Shown: positions 11,472 to 24,137, counted from the first letter of the stretch. The stretch is DNA of 64,000 bases from Eledone cirrhosa (GCA_964016885.1 OZ024741.1:346270001-346334000); one strand, 5' to 3'. A program made the numbers and translations. The notes: generated by a model not told the origin, from the letters alone.

Positions 11472-14400
11472 TCAGGATTTGGGCACCATGGCCCATTCGA
11501 GAAGAGAATTACTGTTTGCGGAGACATATCCGGGTGTGGGTGGTTTGTCCGGGATTACTTGGAGGAATTTGTCCAAAGACTTCTTGAATTTTGTGTGGTC
11601 AGTTTCTGTTTTGACGTGTCCTGGTGTGATGTTGAAGAGAGCAGGGCCGATTGAGGTGAAATAATTGTGCCGTATTGTTGTTATGAGTTGCGATTTAGAT
11701 TTTTGAATGGGACGGATAGCACGGGGCCCAAGCCTTGGGTGTATCTTGAAGGCGATGCCAACATCATTTGGGCAGTGATGATGGAACATTTTCCACATCA
11801 TGCAGATAATATAACGCTCACGGCGACGTTGGAGTGAGTAAAGTTTCAGGTTTTCTAGTCGACCCCAGTAATCAACGTCTGACATGCCATCTATCTTTTT
11901 CGTGATTGCCCTTTGAGGAGCTTCAAGTTTCATGATACTTTGTTTCGTGTGGGGAGACCACAGTGGACAACAGTATTCAAGGTGTGGTCGGGCAAAAGTA
12001 GAGAAGAGAAGGATAATGGTGTGGGAATCTCTCGACTGGAAGGTTCTGAGGATCCAGGAACACATTCTGCGGGCCATGTCAACTTTGCTGCTTATATGCG
12101 TGGCCCAGCTTATGTTGCTGTCCACGGTTACTCCCAAGTCTCTGATGTTGTTAGATGCCACGAGAGTTTCCTCGGAGGGAATGGAGTACGGGAGTTTCAG
12201 AGCATCCTCTTTTCCAAAGTGGATCAGTTCGAATTTGTCTTCGTTCAGTAACATGTTGTTCTTTTCCGCCCATTGGGTAACAGCCAGTAGGTCTGACTGA
12301 AGGCTTATCCGGTCATCCACGCCATTGATGACCTTTTGGAGCTTGGAATCATCAGCGAAAATTTTAATGTTGCTGTGTTTGATGATGTCAGTGATGTCAT
12401 TAATATAGATGATGAAGAGAAGTGGGCCCAACACAGTGCCTTGTGGGACCCCACTACTGACTTTGGCTGGGCTGGATTTGACTCCTTCAACTACAACATG
12501 TTGGGTTCTATTTGACAGGAAGCTCTTGATCCACTGCAGCAGCTTTCCAGTGACATCAACATTGGACAGCTTTCTCAGTAGAATGTTATGATCAACCCTG
12601 TCAAAGGCCTTGCTGAAATCAAGGTAGATAACATCAGTGTTGGAACCCTCTCCCAAGGCTCTCAAAATGTCATCAAAGTGATGCAGTAGCTGCGTCAGGC
12701 AATCCCTTCCATTACGGAAACCATGCTGGTTGGAGTTCAGCATATTATTACTCTCAAGGAAGTGGGTCATTCGCGATCTCACCACTCTCTCAAATACCTT
12801 AATGATATGAGAGGTGAGTGAGATTGGACGGTAATTCACGGCAAGGGATTTGTTGTTTTTTTTGAAAACTGGGACAACAGACTGGGATAGAAGGTTTTCT
12901 GGCACATATCCAGCATCCAGTGAGTTCCGCCACAGATTGGCAAGAGGAGATGCAAGTTGGTGTTGACACGCCTTCAAGACACAAGCAGGGAACCTATCGG
13001 GACCTACTGCTGAATTATGCTTGATTTCCTTTATTGCCGCTAAGACATCAGGGGCGCCAAACGTTATGTCCGATAAGGTGTAATGGGGAGTAACATCGCC
13101 GATACAGCCCAGATCGGCCATATCATGATTGCTGAAAACAGAGCAGTATTGTTTCTGCAGTATCTCACCCATGGTTTTAGTATTGTCTTGAAGAGTGCCA
13201 TTTTCATCAATTAGAGGGCCAACAGTAGAGCCAGTGATTTTATGTTTTTTTGCAAATGAGAAGAACACTTTGGGATTGAGTTTGATCTTCTCAATGGCCC
13301 AGGCCTCTTCAGCTCTTCTCTGATTGTTGATGAGGGACATTATGTTGTTTTGGAGGTTATGTTTTTTAATCTCTAGTGATGAAATGGCAGTCAAGTTGAT
13401 GTGTTGCTGCTGACAGTATTTCAGCTTGTTAATTTTTTTGTTCGTTCTCTTAATTTTTCTGATGAGCGTTTTTCTATTTCTAGGGATTCTGCTCTTAGAT
13501 TTGTTTATAGTTCTTAATGGGGTGTGTTTTGCACATATGTTTGTAACAGTGTCCACAAATGTCTGCCAGGACTTTTTGATGTTAGTGGGTGTATGAGTGT
13601 GCGTGAAGGACCAGTCGATATGTGCAAGATCATGACTGATCGCTTCCCAGTTTGCATTGTGGAAATCCATAGCGTCAAACGGATGGACAGGAGAGATGAC
13701 ATTGGGTTTGTATATTGGACGGTGGAATCTCAGATCACAGAGAACCATGTCATGATCAGAGAGTAGAGTTTTCTCCACTGCAATATTGTGGATATTGTCA
13801 GTGTGATTGCTGAAAATTAAGTCTAGGACGTTTTTGTGGCACCTCGTTGGTTCGAGCACTAGTTGGGATAGGAAGAAATCATCCATGAAGTCAAGAAGTG
13901 ATTCCACAGCTTCCCTGTCAGAGGTTGAGGCAGAAGAACCTGGTGGCAGGGTGTTTGTGGACCAGTCAACTCCGGGGAGGTTGAAGTCCCCCATCATTAA
14001 GATGTTGTCAGGGTGACACTCTTGGATGAAACACTTTATGCTGTTGAGGCATTCCTTGAAGCATGGTACAGGCGTTTGGGGTGGCCTATAGAGCCCAACT
14101 ACTAATAGGTTGTTGGTTTGACTGAATACAGTGACTGCCTCACAGTATCCATTAGTGAATATGTTCATAGCCTCTGTTGAGAAAGAATTATGGACATAAA
14201 TGGCAGTTCCGCCCTTTCTTCTGCCAGCGCGATCAGCACGGATGGCTTTGAAATTTTTCACTTTCACCTCGGCTTCCAAGTGGAGGTTACTGAGATGGGT
14301 TTCAGTGAGGACGAAGAAAGGGATGTGGTTTGGATGGACATCAATCCAGTCCTCCAGGAATTTGATCTTCCATTTTTGAGTATTGGTGGAAGGGCTGATG

Positions 14401-14492
14401 CCTTGGGCGTTAAGCAAAAATGTAGAGGCGAGAGTGGATGGTTTTAATTGTTTTGGTGTGTTGTTAATTTGTTTGTTTGTTAATGGCAGCAA
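11472..14492 (-). CDS. LINE ORF2: apurinic-like endonuclease plus reverse transcriptase (1006 aa, uninterrupted)
   Basis: LNAQG, LTETHL, YRPP, MGDFN, LDL, SDH (APE). YRPISL, QHGFR, YLDFSKAFDRV, GVPQGTVLGPLLF, FADD (RT). Confidence 0.95.
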   Translation of the reverse strand: MLPLTNKQINNTPKQLKPSTLASTFLLNAQGISPSTNTQKWKIKFLEDWIDVHPNHIPFFVLTETHLSNLHLEAEVKVKNFKAIRADRAGRRKGGTAIYVHNSFSTEAMNIFTNGYCEAVTVFSQTNNLLVVGLYRPPQTPVPCFKECLNSIKCFIQECHPDNILMMGDFNLPGVDWSTNTLPPGSSASTSDREAVESLLDFMDDFFLSQLVLEPTRCHKNVLDLIFSNHTDNIHNIAVEKTLLSDHDMVLCDLRFHRPIYKPNVISPVHPFDAMDFHNANWEAISHDLAHIDWSFTHTHTPTNIKKSWQTFVDTVTNICAKHTPLRTINKSKSRIPRNRKTLIRKIKRTNKKINKLKYCQQQHINLTAISSLEIKKHNLQNNIMSLINNQRRAEEAWAIEKIKLNPKVFFSFAKKHKITGSTVGPLIDENGTLQDNTKTMGEILQKQYCSVFSNHDMADLGCIGDVTPHYTLSDITFGAPDVLAAIKEIKHNSAVGPDRFPACVLKACQHQLASPLANLWRNSLDAGYVPENLLSQSVVPVFKKNNKSLAVNYRPISLTSHIIKVFERVVRSRMTHFLESNNMLNSNQHGFRNGRDCLTQLLHHFDDILRALGEGSNTDVIYLDFSKAFDRVDHNILLRKLSNVDVTGKLLQWIKSFLSNRTQHVVVEGVKSSPAKVSSGVPQGTVLGPLLFIIYINDITDIIKHSNIKIFADDSKLQKVINGVDDRISLQSDLLAVTQWAEKNNMLLNEDKFELIHFGKEDALKLPYSIPSEETLVASNNIRDLGVTVDSNISWATHISSKVDMARRMCSWILRTFQSRDSHTIILLFSTFARPHLEYCCPLWSPHTKQSIMKLEAPQRAITKKIDGMSDVDYWGRLENLKLYSLQRRRERYIICMMWKMFHHHCPNDVGIAFKIHPRLGPRAIRPIQKSKSQLITTIRHNYFTSIGPALFNITPGHVKTETDHTKFKKSLDKFLQVIPDKPPTPGYVSANSNSLLEWAMVPKS

Positions 14493-15104
14493 TGGGAGTT
14501 TGTGCAGTGGGGTGATAGTGGAGGGTGGTGCTGGGTGATAGCTCGAATGTTTTTTTCCAGTTCTTTTGCCAGATTCATTATGGCTAAAAATGAGGAAGAA
14601 GTTTCCTGTTTAGAAGACTGTTGGTGACTGTGGTAGTGGTTATTTTTATGTAGGTTATGGTTTTTGTTTTTGCTTTTATTTTTAATTTTATTTTCATTTG
14701 TCCGACGGGTCCCCGGGAGATGGGTAAAGGGACAATCCCGGTCTAAACACAATCTGTCTCGCAGTTAAAAGCGGCAGATTTGTGGATTCCTTGTTTGAGT
14801 TATTGGTGGTTGTGTTGGTGTTAAATTAGAGTATGTATTATGGTGGTGGCTGTTTGTGGGGATAGATCGTTTTGTCCTAGGTAAATGGGTGAATTTGCAG
14901 CCACTATCCGTACATATTCTATAGCGTAGAGAGTAGCGGCAAATGATGGGGTTTCGAGTGGGTGGGTATGTGGGTGTGTGTGTTGTGAGAGGTGTAGATG
15001 ATGGTTTGAGTAGGATTTGACGACCTTTGTGGACTGTGGGAGGGAGAGTTCTTGTTCTGGTATTAGAAGGTAAATTCCTTGAAATAGCAGTAGCCAAAGA
15101 TGTT

Positions 15105-15144
<40 letters not shown>

Positions 15145-15706
15145 GCAGAGAAGATGTTGGCAGTGGTGATGATTGGACTGCTGGGCCAGAGAAAGGATGT
15201 GGCGTTTCCTGCTGTGGGACAGAGGCTACTGGGAGGTCAATAGTTTCATTTAGTAGATCGGCCATTGTTGATGAATCAAGGAGTGGTTCACACTGTTGTT
15301 GTTGTTGTCGTTGTTGTTGTTGCTGTTGTTGATATTGTTGTTGCTGTTGTTGTTGTAGCTGTTGTTGTTGTTGCCGTTGTAGCTGCTGTTGTTGTTGTTG
15401 CTGCTGCTGGACAGCATTCGAAGAAAAAACACACCGTAGTTTATCCAAATGTTTATTGATTAATTTAAAAGCAATTTCGATTTGCTTTAATTTATTTTGA
15501 ATCTGTTGTTCAGATCGAGTTTTCAAAAGTTGAACTGTACGTTTAGCAATGTCGTTCAGACATGAAGCATCTATGTCTTCTGTTTGGGTAAGGCAATGCC
15601 ATGTGTTTATTAGAATGTCGATTTCATTATCAGACCAGTTCTGTTTGGATTTTTGCTGGTTAGCCATTCTAGTTTTGAGTGTGTGTGTTTTAGTTAAGTA
15701 TTTCAA
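14480..15706 (-). CDS. LINE ORF1 with one in-frame stop (14765-14767): Myb/SANT-like N-terminus, polyQ/polyT linker, two CCCH fingers
   Basis: NWSDNEIDILINTW..RSEQQIQNKLKQI; ICRYSLRYRICTDSGCKFTH; ICRF*LRDRLCLDRDCPFTH continuing in the same frame. Confidence 0.75.
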
Positions 15707-15787
15707 TATATATATATTTTTTTTTAATTTATTTTTGTTTTTTGTTTTTCTTGTGTGTGAGTGAGAAGAGTATATATATAAATATGA

Positions 15788-15861
<74 letters not shown>

Positions 15862-16121
15862 TCTGGTTATTTGAAATTAATTAAATTAATGAAAAGACGA
15901 AAGTATACAATAATAATTTGTAGTTAAAGGAAAATGTACTCACAAGTTGGAAAACACGAGGTTTCAAATATATAATAATATAGATGTATGTAAATGTATT
16001 AACCGGTCAATTTTTGTTTGTTTGGTTTTGTTTTGTTTTGTGGTTTTGTTTTGTGGCTGTGTGACTTGCTGCTTACTCGGGGAGAGAAGTAAAAACACGT
16101 CCTTATACTTCAACTGCTCAA

Positions 16122-16175
<54 letters not shown>

Positions 16176-16264
16176 CGTGAAGTTACTGTTGGCTAGCCCA
16201 GATGAGCACTCGATGCTTAGGCTCGTCAGTGGCGAGGTGTAGAGGTCAACAGTGTGTAATACAA

Positions 16265-16511
16265 TAATACTAGGACGATTTGTTATGCCTTCAGTAGGTT
16301 TATTAATTTGTGACGCGCGTTTCGCTATTGATCAGCTCAAGGGTTGATCTGTATCGATTATTCTGTCATTGCGACAGCAGAGGTCCGACGAGCTTTTAAT
16401 TCCAGAATCGGACCCGATCGATATAGTTCGAATCTTGAGCTGATCAATAGCGAAACGCGCGTCACCACTCAATGAAGGTAATGAAGGCATAACAAATCGT
16501 CCTAGCATTAT
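16265..16511. repeat. Fold-back unit with imperfect inverted arms 16265-16340 and 16434-16511
   Basis: GTGACGCGCGTTTCGCTATTGATCAGCTCAAG paired with its exact reverse complement, plus matching outer arms. Confidence 0.85.
16382..16466 (+). ncRNA. Hammerhead ribozyme, C4 variant
   Basis: GGT-CCGACGA-GCT...AGC-GAAAC-GCGC-GTC-ACC. Confidence 0.6.
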
Positions 16512-16597
16512 TATATATATATACATATATTCAGAGAAGGCAGCCAAGTCTACAGATATAACTTTATCGTACACTTCTGCTGCAGGCGGAACTCTTC

Positions 16598-16690
<93 letters not shown>

Positions 16691-16713
16691 GGGGGGGAGT
16701 GGAAGAGATAGAC

Positions 16714-16775
<62 letters not shown>

Positions 16776-17048
16776 ATGTATATATGTATGTATGTATATA
16801 TAAACAACATATCTTTAATGTTGACCAATGTATAAAAATACACACTCCATGCATTCGGCATCACGGGCGTTGGAACTCTCAAGCATAGCGGCTCAGCTTC
16901 TCCTCAGGTACTGCTTTATTGCCAGCCACGTTTCATTTCGAAGAATATTACTCACACGCATAAAAATGCATAGATTTTACCTACACACTGACTCATCTGT
17001 AATTGTGAAATAACCATCAGGTTCAGTTACACATATATTAATCTAACC

Positions 17049-17472
17049 CAGAGATTCTCAAACTTTTTGGGCCACCTCACGGCTAGGTAATACCCTCAGC
17101 GCTCCCCACCCTCAGCGCCCCCCACCATCAGTCTGTGATGACACATCCAAACCTTACTATCAGAGAAAGTGGACATTAAACAATGATGGTGATGATGTTA
17201 GTTTATCATTATTAACATAGATGTAAAAAGAATGTAATTTTGCCAATAAGAATTAAGACATCTATATGTCTTTATTATAGATGTCTATATAAATGCTTAA
17301 TATACATATGCAATGTATTTGTAAAAAAAAGAAAAGAACAAGCTATTTATTGTTTAAAATTTAAATAATAAATAGCTTGTTTCTTTTAATACTACACTGT
17401 CGCCCTCTAACCGCCCCCGATATCAAAGCACCACCCCCAGGGGGGCGGTACCGCCCACTTTGGGAAACAATG
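17049..17472. mobile_element. hAT-superfamily MITE
   Basis: Perfect 8-bp TSD ATCTAACC (17041-17048 and 17473-17480). Imperfect TIRs CAGAGATTCTCAAA and TTTGGGAAACAATG. Confidence 0.85.
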
Positions 17473-17789
17473 ATCTAACCTAAGAGTTATTGACAGGCTA
17501 TATACACGCACAACCACATTGCCATAAAACCATCCATATTCAATATAAATTTATACACATTACAAGTAGGGCTTTCACATGTGTTCGCGCCTCAGGTGCT
17601 ATAAACATGAGAGTGTAGCTCTACAATGCCGCATGTATTTATGGGAGCATGTTACATCTACCCACAGTATTTTTACAGCATCCTCGACTAAAGATACTAC
17701 ACCTACTCAAATCATGTCAATTGTAAGGACGGATAAACGATACACTGTATAGAAATGACAAAAGATAGACTGTATAGAATTGAAACTCA

Positions 17790-17870
17790 GCTCTACTGAT
17801 GAACGATTCCAACCGTGTCTTACCCCACTGAAATGTTTCATGAAATAGTCTTTTGAAGACTATATAGAGC
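17790..17870 (+). ncRNA. Type-I hammerhead ribozyme
   Basis: GCTCTA-CTGATGA-stem II-GAAATAGTCTT(TTG)AAGACTA-TA-TAGAGC. Perfect 6-bp stem I and 8-bp stem III. Confidence 0.88.
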
Positions 17871-18153
17871 ATTTGTAGTATTTCCAAATTGAATTGAAGG
17901 ATAAGTATTTAACCTTAATCTTATTCTGAGTTAAGACTCTATTGGTTTTTTCCCTGGATTTCTCAAAATCTGTGGATACAATTTCTGTCTTGACTTTTTT
18001 TTAATTGAATTTGAATTATTTTCCCATATCTTACGTTAAATATTTTCCATCTTCACGTTATAGTCACTTATATATTATATATTATGAAATACTGTTGGCT
18101 TCTTGCTCACATTAATTTCTCTATTTTCATTTATATATGTATAATATATATAT

Positions 18154-18185
<32 letters not shown>

Positions 18186-18624
18186 AGTAGTTCCACAACA
18201 GTAAGTTCACCATACCGAGAACAATTGTTTAACCTTATTCGGATAATCGGCTCGGTCTAAATGAAGTTGTACGGACACGGAAAAACAACTGCGCGAATAC
18301 GCATGTGCAGATACAGTCACTTCTGGGTGGTGGCAGTGATGGTGAGAGGGGGGGGGGGGTAAGCCCACAATAAATCGATTAGGGAGATAACTGTGGATGC
18401 TCGGAATAGATTATTTATATTATTCAGAATATTATAGATTGTTCATGCTAGTCAATTTAGAGCTTTGTAATTATGTAATAGTTGTTTCCAGACGTGTGGA
18501 CAACGAGAAAAAAAAAATGTATATTTGTATAAAATTATTTACACCACTGACAGATAAAGGTACGTAATTTTCGTTGGATTGTACACCCTAACGTAATCAG
18601 CCTGATATACAAAAAGATGATCCC

Positions 18625-18668
<44 letters not shown>

Positions 18669-18735
18669 GGAAAAAATGAAACGAAACTTCATTTCTTATG
18701 TATGTGTGCATGTATATATATATATATATAGATGA

Positions 18736-18782
18736 GATTCTGCAGGACTAGAACTGTTTCATTCTTTAGAGATCATCAGGAT
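18736..18782 (-). ncRNA. Hammerhead ribozyme, family A, probably inactive
   Basis: CTGATGA-TCTCTAAAGAAT-GAAACAG-TTCTAGTC-CTGCA. GCA replaces GUA, and the 5' arm of stem I is truncated. Confidence 0.7.
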
Positions 18783-18963
18783 ATATATTCTTGCTCTTGT
18801 GTTGGCATGTGAACACAACTGCAAGAATGAAGGGTTCATTCCACTGACATGGCTATAGAATTGAGGCTTGTTTGTATAATTGCAAACGAATCGAATGTTA
18901 TTATTAACATTCGAAAAACTCATATTACATTTAATGCATTCAGCCATGTAGAGCGAAAGTGTT

Positions 18964-19084
<121 letters not shown>

Positions 19085-19244
19085 ATATTTAATTGTGTGT
19101 TTGTGTGTGTGTTCATATATTTGCATATATGCGCTTTTATAGGAAATTTTACTGGTTAAGACCAATAAGAATATTACTCAAACGTGCGGTCTAAAATCCT
19201 AATAATATATATTATATATATATGTCAATCATATCTTATTTTGT

Positions 19245-19440
19245 TTGACCCGTTCAGGGTCGCTGTTTTGGCTTAGGTGGTTAATGGCTTCTTAACCATC
19301 GTCTCAGTTTGTATGACCTTTTTAACTTATCTTTATAGCTCTGGTATCTTCATATCCATAGAGCGCTTGTCTACACAATACGGAGGTTGCGTCTCGCTAA
19401 CTTCTACCCGCCGAAATGCGATTCTCGCTAAATTTATATT

Positions 19441-19445
<5 letters not shown>
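19245..19445. repeat. Dispersed repeat, diverged copy 2
   Basis: Similar to 2690-2852 and 21603-21812. Confidence 0.6.
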
Positions 19446-19514
<69 letters not shown>

Positions 19515-19964
19515 TGTGTGTTTGTATGTATGCTATTCCATTATATATATGAACATACATGCATACATACACATATGCATACCTACAAACACATACATAT
19601 TCACTTTTCTCTCGGTTAGTCTCTTTCAATTTGTTGTAGGAATGATTATTTCCTGTAATTAAACAAATTTATTATTTTATTTAATATTTCATTTGTTCTT
19701 ATTCTCTTTAGTCGATCTATATTTCTGCACCGATCTATCAACCTTACTTTTAATCATATTTAGAGTGTTTTCAAGAATTTAGTAGTAATAATAATTAATT
19801 ATTCTGATTAGCAGGATAGGTAGACTCTCGAATAAACTGCTTTGTAATTTGTACGATTCTGTTTATATTAAATTTTGTGTTTGAAGTCTAAAGAGTTTAC
19901 CATAACCTTCCATCATTTCTGGCTAAATAAAATTCTTCTTCTTCTTCTTCTTCTTCTTCTTCTT

Positions 19965-20015
19965 CCGTGGTCAACTTTGCCTTTCATGCATTCAAGGTCG
20001 ATACAAATCTAGTAC
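19965..20015 (+). mobile_element. SINE core fragment
   Basis: GGTCAACTTTGCCTTTCAT..GGTCGATA matches the SINEs at 30.5-31.6 kb. Confidence 0.55.
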
Positions 20016-20509
20016 AATGGTTGCTTCTTCCTCCATGTCATTTTACACTTCCTCTATTACCCGTTGCCCTTCTCTGAAAGAATTCCGTGGTGTTTCGACC
20101 CTGAGAGTATATGGACTCAGCCAGAATTAAAAATGCTCAAGAAATGCCATCAGGAGCTATATATAGGAAGCTAAACGCATTTCGGAGATAGTTACTTTCG
20201 ACAAATCTCAGCCAAGAAAGGAAATATTATTTTAATCACTTATGAAATATGATAATCTATTTAGACAAACTTTTTGTTTATCAGCTTATTGTCAAGTATA
20301 AATAATTAATATAACAACACATTTCTCTGAAACACTTTACAGCGATAATGGCACGAAATGTTGAAATAGGTGTATGCCAATATAATAGGATGGAATTCTT
20401 AAATTGAAAATCATTAAAACATTAAAAAATAATGGGGGAAATATAAATATACTGAATTAAAATTAAAAAAAAATGATATATTAATAGGAGAGTGAAAAAC
20501 AATCATCGC

Positions 20510-21555
20510 AAGTCTTCCCGAAGAAAATAGCTAGTTGGCTTTTGTCGAGGCCCAGAGATTTCCCAAGGACGTCGTCGTTTTTGCCCTCCACTAACACTCT
20601 ATAGAACGCCAAGATGGAGTTTACATAGATGGCAATGCCCGATTGGCAAAGGGCAGTGAGCGCTGAAAGACATTCCATTTTCCAAGCGCTCCCTCTTGGT
20701 CTCCGCGTGACCCAGGAGTGCAGCTCCGTCAAGGAGACGAACTATGGAAAAACGCTCCTAGCGAAAGGTGACCACACCTGTTCACCGTCGAGGAAAATAT
20801 GGAGATGTCGTAGTCTCAGCGGGTATCTGCACATCACCAGACACAGCATGCCCAGTACTCCACGTAACGTGTGTTCACAGCAGATGAACTGCCTGATCAT
20901 CGTAGTGCATCCTTTCCACAAAGAGTGAAAGAGAAAACGTTCCAGTGCAGTCAGAGGGGGATTAAGACAAGGCACGACAGTCAGGTGGTAGTAGATGACA
21001 GACACTTTGTACGCGTTCGCCAGCTCCGTGCGACCCTCTAGGGATAGCTTTCCCTAAGCCCATTTCTGGGCGAGAGAGGCCGCATTGCTCGTCACCTCGT
21101 TCCAGTTGTTATCCGTCTGGAGGTCCTGACTAAACCAGACGCCAAGCAATTTAACCGGTCCCTCCGTCCAGCGCCTGACGATGGTGCTGGACGACCTGGA
21201 CTTACCTCTCCAGGTACCGAGGCGCAGGCCCACCGACTTTTACTGGTTAATCTTTATCTTTGCTCCTGTCAATACCTTGTATTCTCTTAGTGTAGCGGCG
21301 ATCGTCTCGATGTGTTTGGCGCTTGACAACTCTATGGTAACGTCGTCGGCATAATCTGACATGGATCCTCCGCATCCCAGTTCACGCAAAATGACCCTCA
21401 ACGGCCCCAGTTTGTGCAGTAATGACTCTAGAGCCAATATATACAACAAGGTCGAGAGGGGAAAAAGTTGGCGGACCGAGCGCATGATGTTGAACGGTTC
21501 CGAAAGGTGACCGTTCACTCACATCACTGAACAGATGTCACTGTACATGGTAGCG

Positions 21556-21557
<2 letters not shown>
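20510..21557 (-). pseudogene. Decayed Tx1/L1 RT fragment
   Basis: NGHLSEPFNIMRSVRQLFPLSTLLYILALE..YADDVT, homologous to 42.0-42.8 kb. Confidence 0.8.
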
Positions 21558-21951
<394 letters not shown>

Positions 21952-21989
21952 CTGTGTGTTTATGTGCATGCTTGTATATATGCATGTAC

Positions 21990-22620
21990 CTGATTCAATT
22001 TCCTACTCTCATGTGCTCTCTATGGCCCCTGAGCTTGAACAGGCTCTGGCCGACTGGCGAGGCAAAGACCTCTCTGACCACAAGTATACAACTGTCAAAC
22101 GTAACTGAAACATCAAATGCTGGTGTTCTGTCAGGCAGATCGAGTCTGGCTTGGACTAACACCACTTCGCTCGCCCCCGCTCCGTTTCACCGGCAAGCAT
22201 CTCGATGGAATGACCCTCTTCCCATTCGAAGAAGGTAGCACCCTCAATTGGGATGCCACATGTTGTGACACGTTCTCCGCCACAAACTTTGTCACTTTGG
22301 CCACAAATCCCAGTACTGCCGACCACCATGCAGGGGAAAGGAAGATAAACAAATACCAAGCATTATCGGCCGCTTCCTTTTCGCACAGGTCGCCGTCGAG
22401 ACCTCAGGGCTACTTACTGTCGAGCTCCGCCACAAAATCGGAACCTCAGCGGTCCGTCTGAGGAAGGAGCCCCGCGAGGTGGGGTCGCTGTTGCAGCGGA
22501 CGTCGCTGACCATTATCCGTAGGAATGGCTTTACGATTTTGTCCACAAGGCGCAGCATAATTACCGCCGCCTCCTTGGTCTAGAGCCGAATCACCCCTTT
22601 CACATTCTCCTGTAACACTA
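21990..22620. other. GC-rich decayed segment, possibly an upstream part of the adjacent Tx1 element
   Basis: Composition and adjacency only; no motif recognised. Confidence 0.3.
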
Positions 22621-23078
22621 GAGCCCTTGCCATTCACTCCGTTTTCCGTTTTATTAATATATTTTCTTATTTTACATTCCATTATTTCTTCTCAATATAA
22701 CTTTTATTTTTCCCGCTTCTATTAAATTGTATTTACATAATATATTCCATAAATAAATATCTTTAATGTAAAGAGATATGGAAGCTGATGGTACATTTAG
22801 ACTATTTTATATAGAGTGAACGAGAAATAGAGATAGATAGATAGAACGATACATACTCTTTCAGCAGCAATTCACTAAAAATTAGCACTGAACAAATATA
22901 AACTACGTTTGGGACAATTCTACTGTAAATTCTCATATTATTTCATATTCAAGTGTTTTAAAATACTTTATATTTGCCCGTATATCTATATATATATTTC
23001 TGTATGTATGTGTCTATGCACATACAAGTAAATAGACATACACACACACACACACGCACGCACACATATATATATATA

Positions 23079-23988
23079 CTAGCATTAAAGCCTGGCGTTG
23101 CTCGGGGTCATTAAGTTACCAAAGTTAGGTTGCACCACCCATTTTATGGCAGCACTTTTTTGTCTGCCAGGCACTGGGTGAATGAATTGCAGACCAGGAA
23201 GCAGGAGCTGCGCCAGCAGTGACAATTGTAGTTTCGCCTATGGATATTATCTCTGTGCAAAAAAGTGCTGAAATTTATTGTTTCACAGTACTTGCGCAAC
23301 ACGCGCATAGACGATACCAGCCGAACAACAGAGCTGCGATGGAGTTGTTCTGCATGGTTGTCTGTGTGTTTTCTAAATTTAAGACAATAGGGAGGGTTGT
23401 GATATGAGGGAGAGTTAGCTGTTGTTTCTAGCAGGTTTAGTGACCTCATAGAGGATATGTGTTTTCTAAATTTAAGACAGTAGGGAGTGGTGTGATATGA
23501 GGGAGAGTTATCTGCTGTTTCTAGCAGGTTTAGTAACCTCATAGAGGATATGTGTTTTCTAAATTTAAGACAGTAGGGAGTGGTGTGGGGAGGGGTGTGA
23601 TATGGGGGAGAGTTAGCTGCTGTTTCTAGCAGGTTTAGTAACCTCATAGAGGATATGTGTTTTCTAAATTTAAGACAGTAGGGAGTGGTGTGAACGGACA
23701 GTATCACCATCAAGCTTGGAAAGAGAAAGTAGCAGAAAGTATGAAGTTGTATTGATTTTGAATGGTAGTAAAAGAGTTCAGCAGTTTAAATGAGAGAGAA
23801 AAATCGTAAAATATTGAGTTTATCTATTTTTTTGCGTAATTGTGGGTGAAATTGAAAAAATTATCTGCGTCAAGACGCAATCGAAACTATTTCGAATCCT
23901 GAATTGTAAATTTCAATTGAAGAAATTCTATATCGTAGATTTCTATAACGAAGGAGCATGACCACACACTGAGCTTTATAGATTATGA
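23079..23988 (-). mobile_element. Non-autonomous Helitron with an internal minisatellite (about 81-96-bp units, 23365-23695)
   Basis: Minus-strand 3' end CCCGAGCAACGCCAGG..CTAG|T, and a 5' TC near 23982-23988. Confidence 0.75.
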
Positions 23989-23996
23989 TATATGTA

Positions 23997-24096
<100 letters not shown>

Positions 24097-24137
24097 GTAT
24101 ATATACTGTATGTATATACACACAAAAACACTCTTGA

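Larger units (their letters stand above)
11395..15770 (-). mobile_element. Near full-length CR1/L2-group LINE inserted in (TA)n
   Basis: ORF1 plus an intact APE-RT ORF2 and a short 3' UTR, with (TA)n on both sides. Confidence 0.92.

Noticed and set aside
14765-15706. Host polyQ transcription-factor gene
   Set aside because: It is intronless and continues in frame into the region overlapping LINE ORF2, so it is better explained as ORF1.
23365-23695. CRISPR-like repeat or repetitive protein (189-aa ORF)
   Set aside because: The units are contiguous with no unique spacers and no cas genes; this is a minisatellite inside a Helitron.
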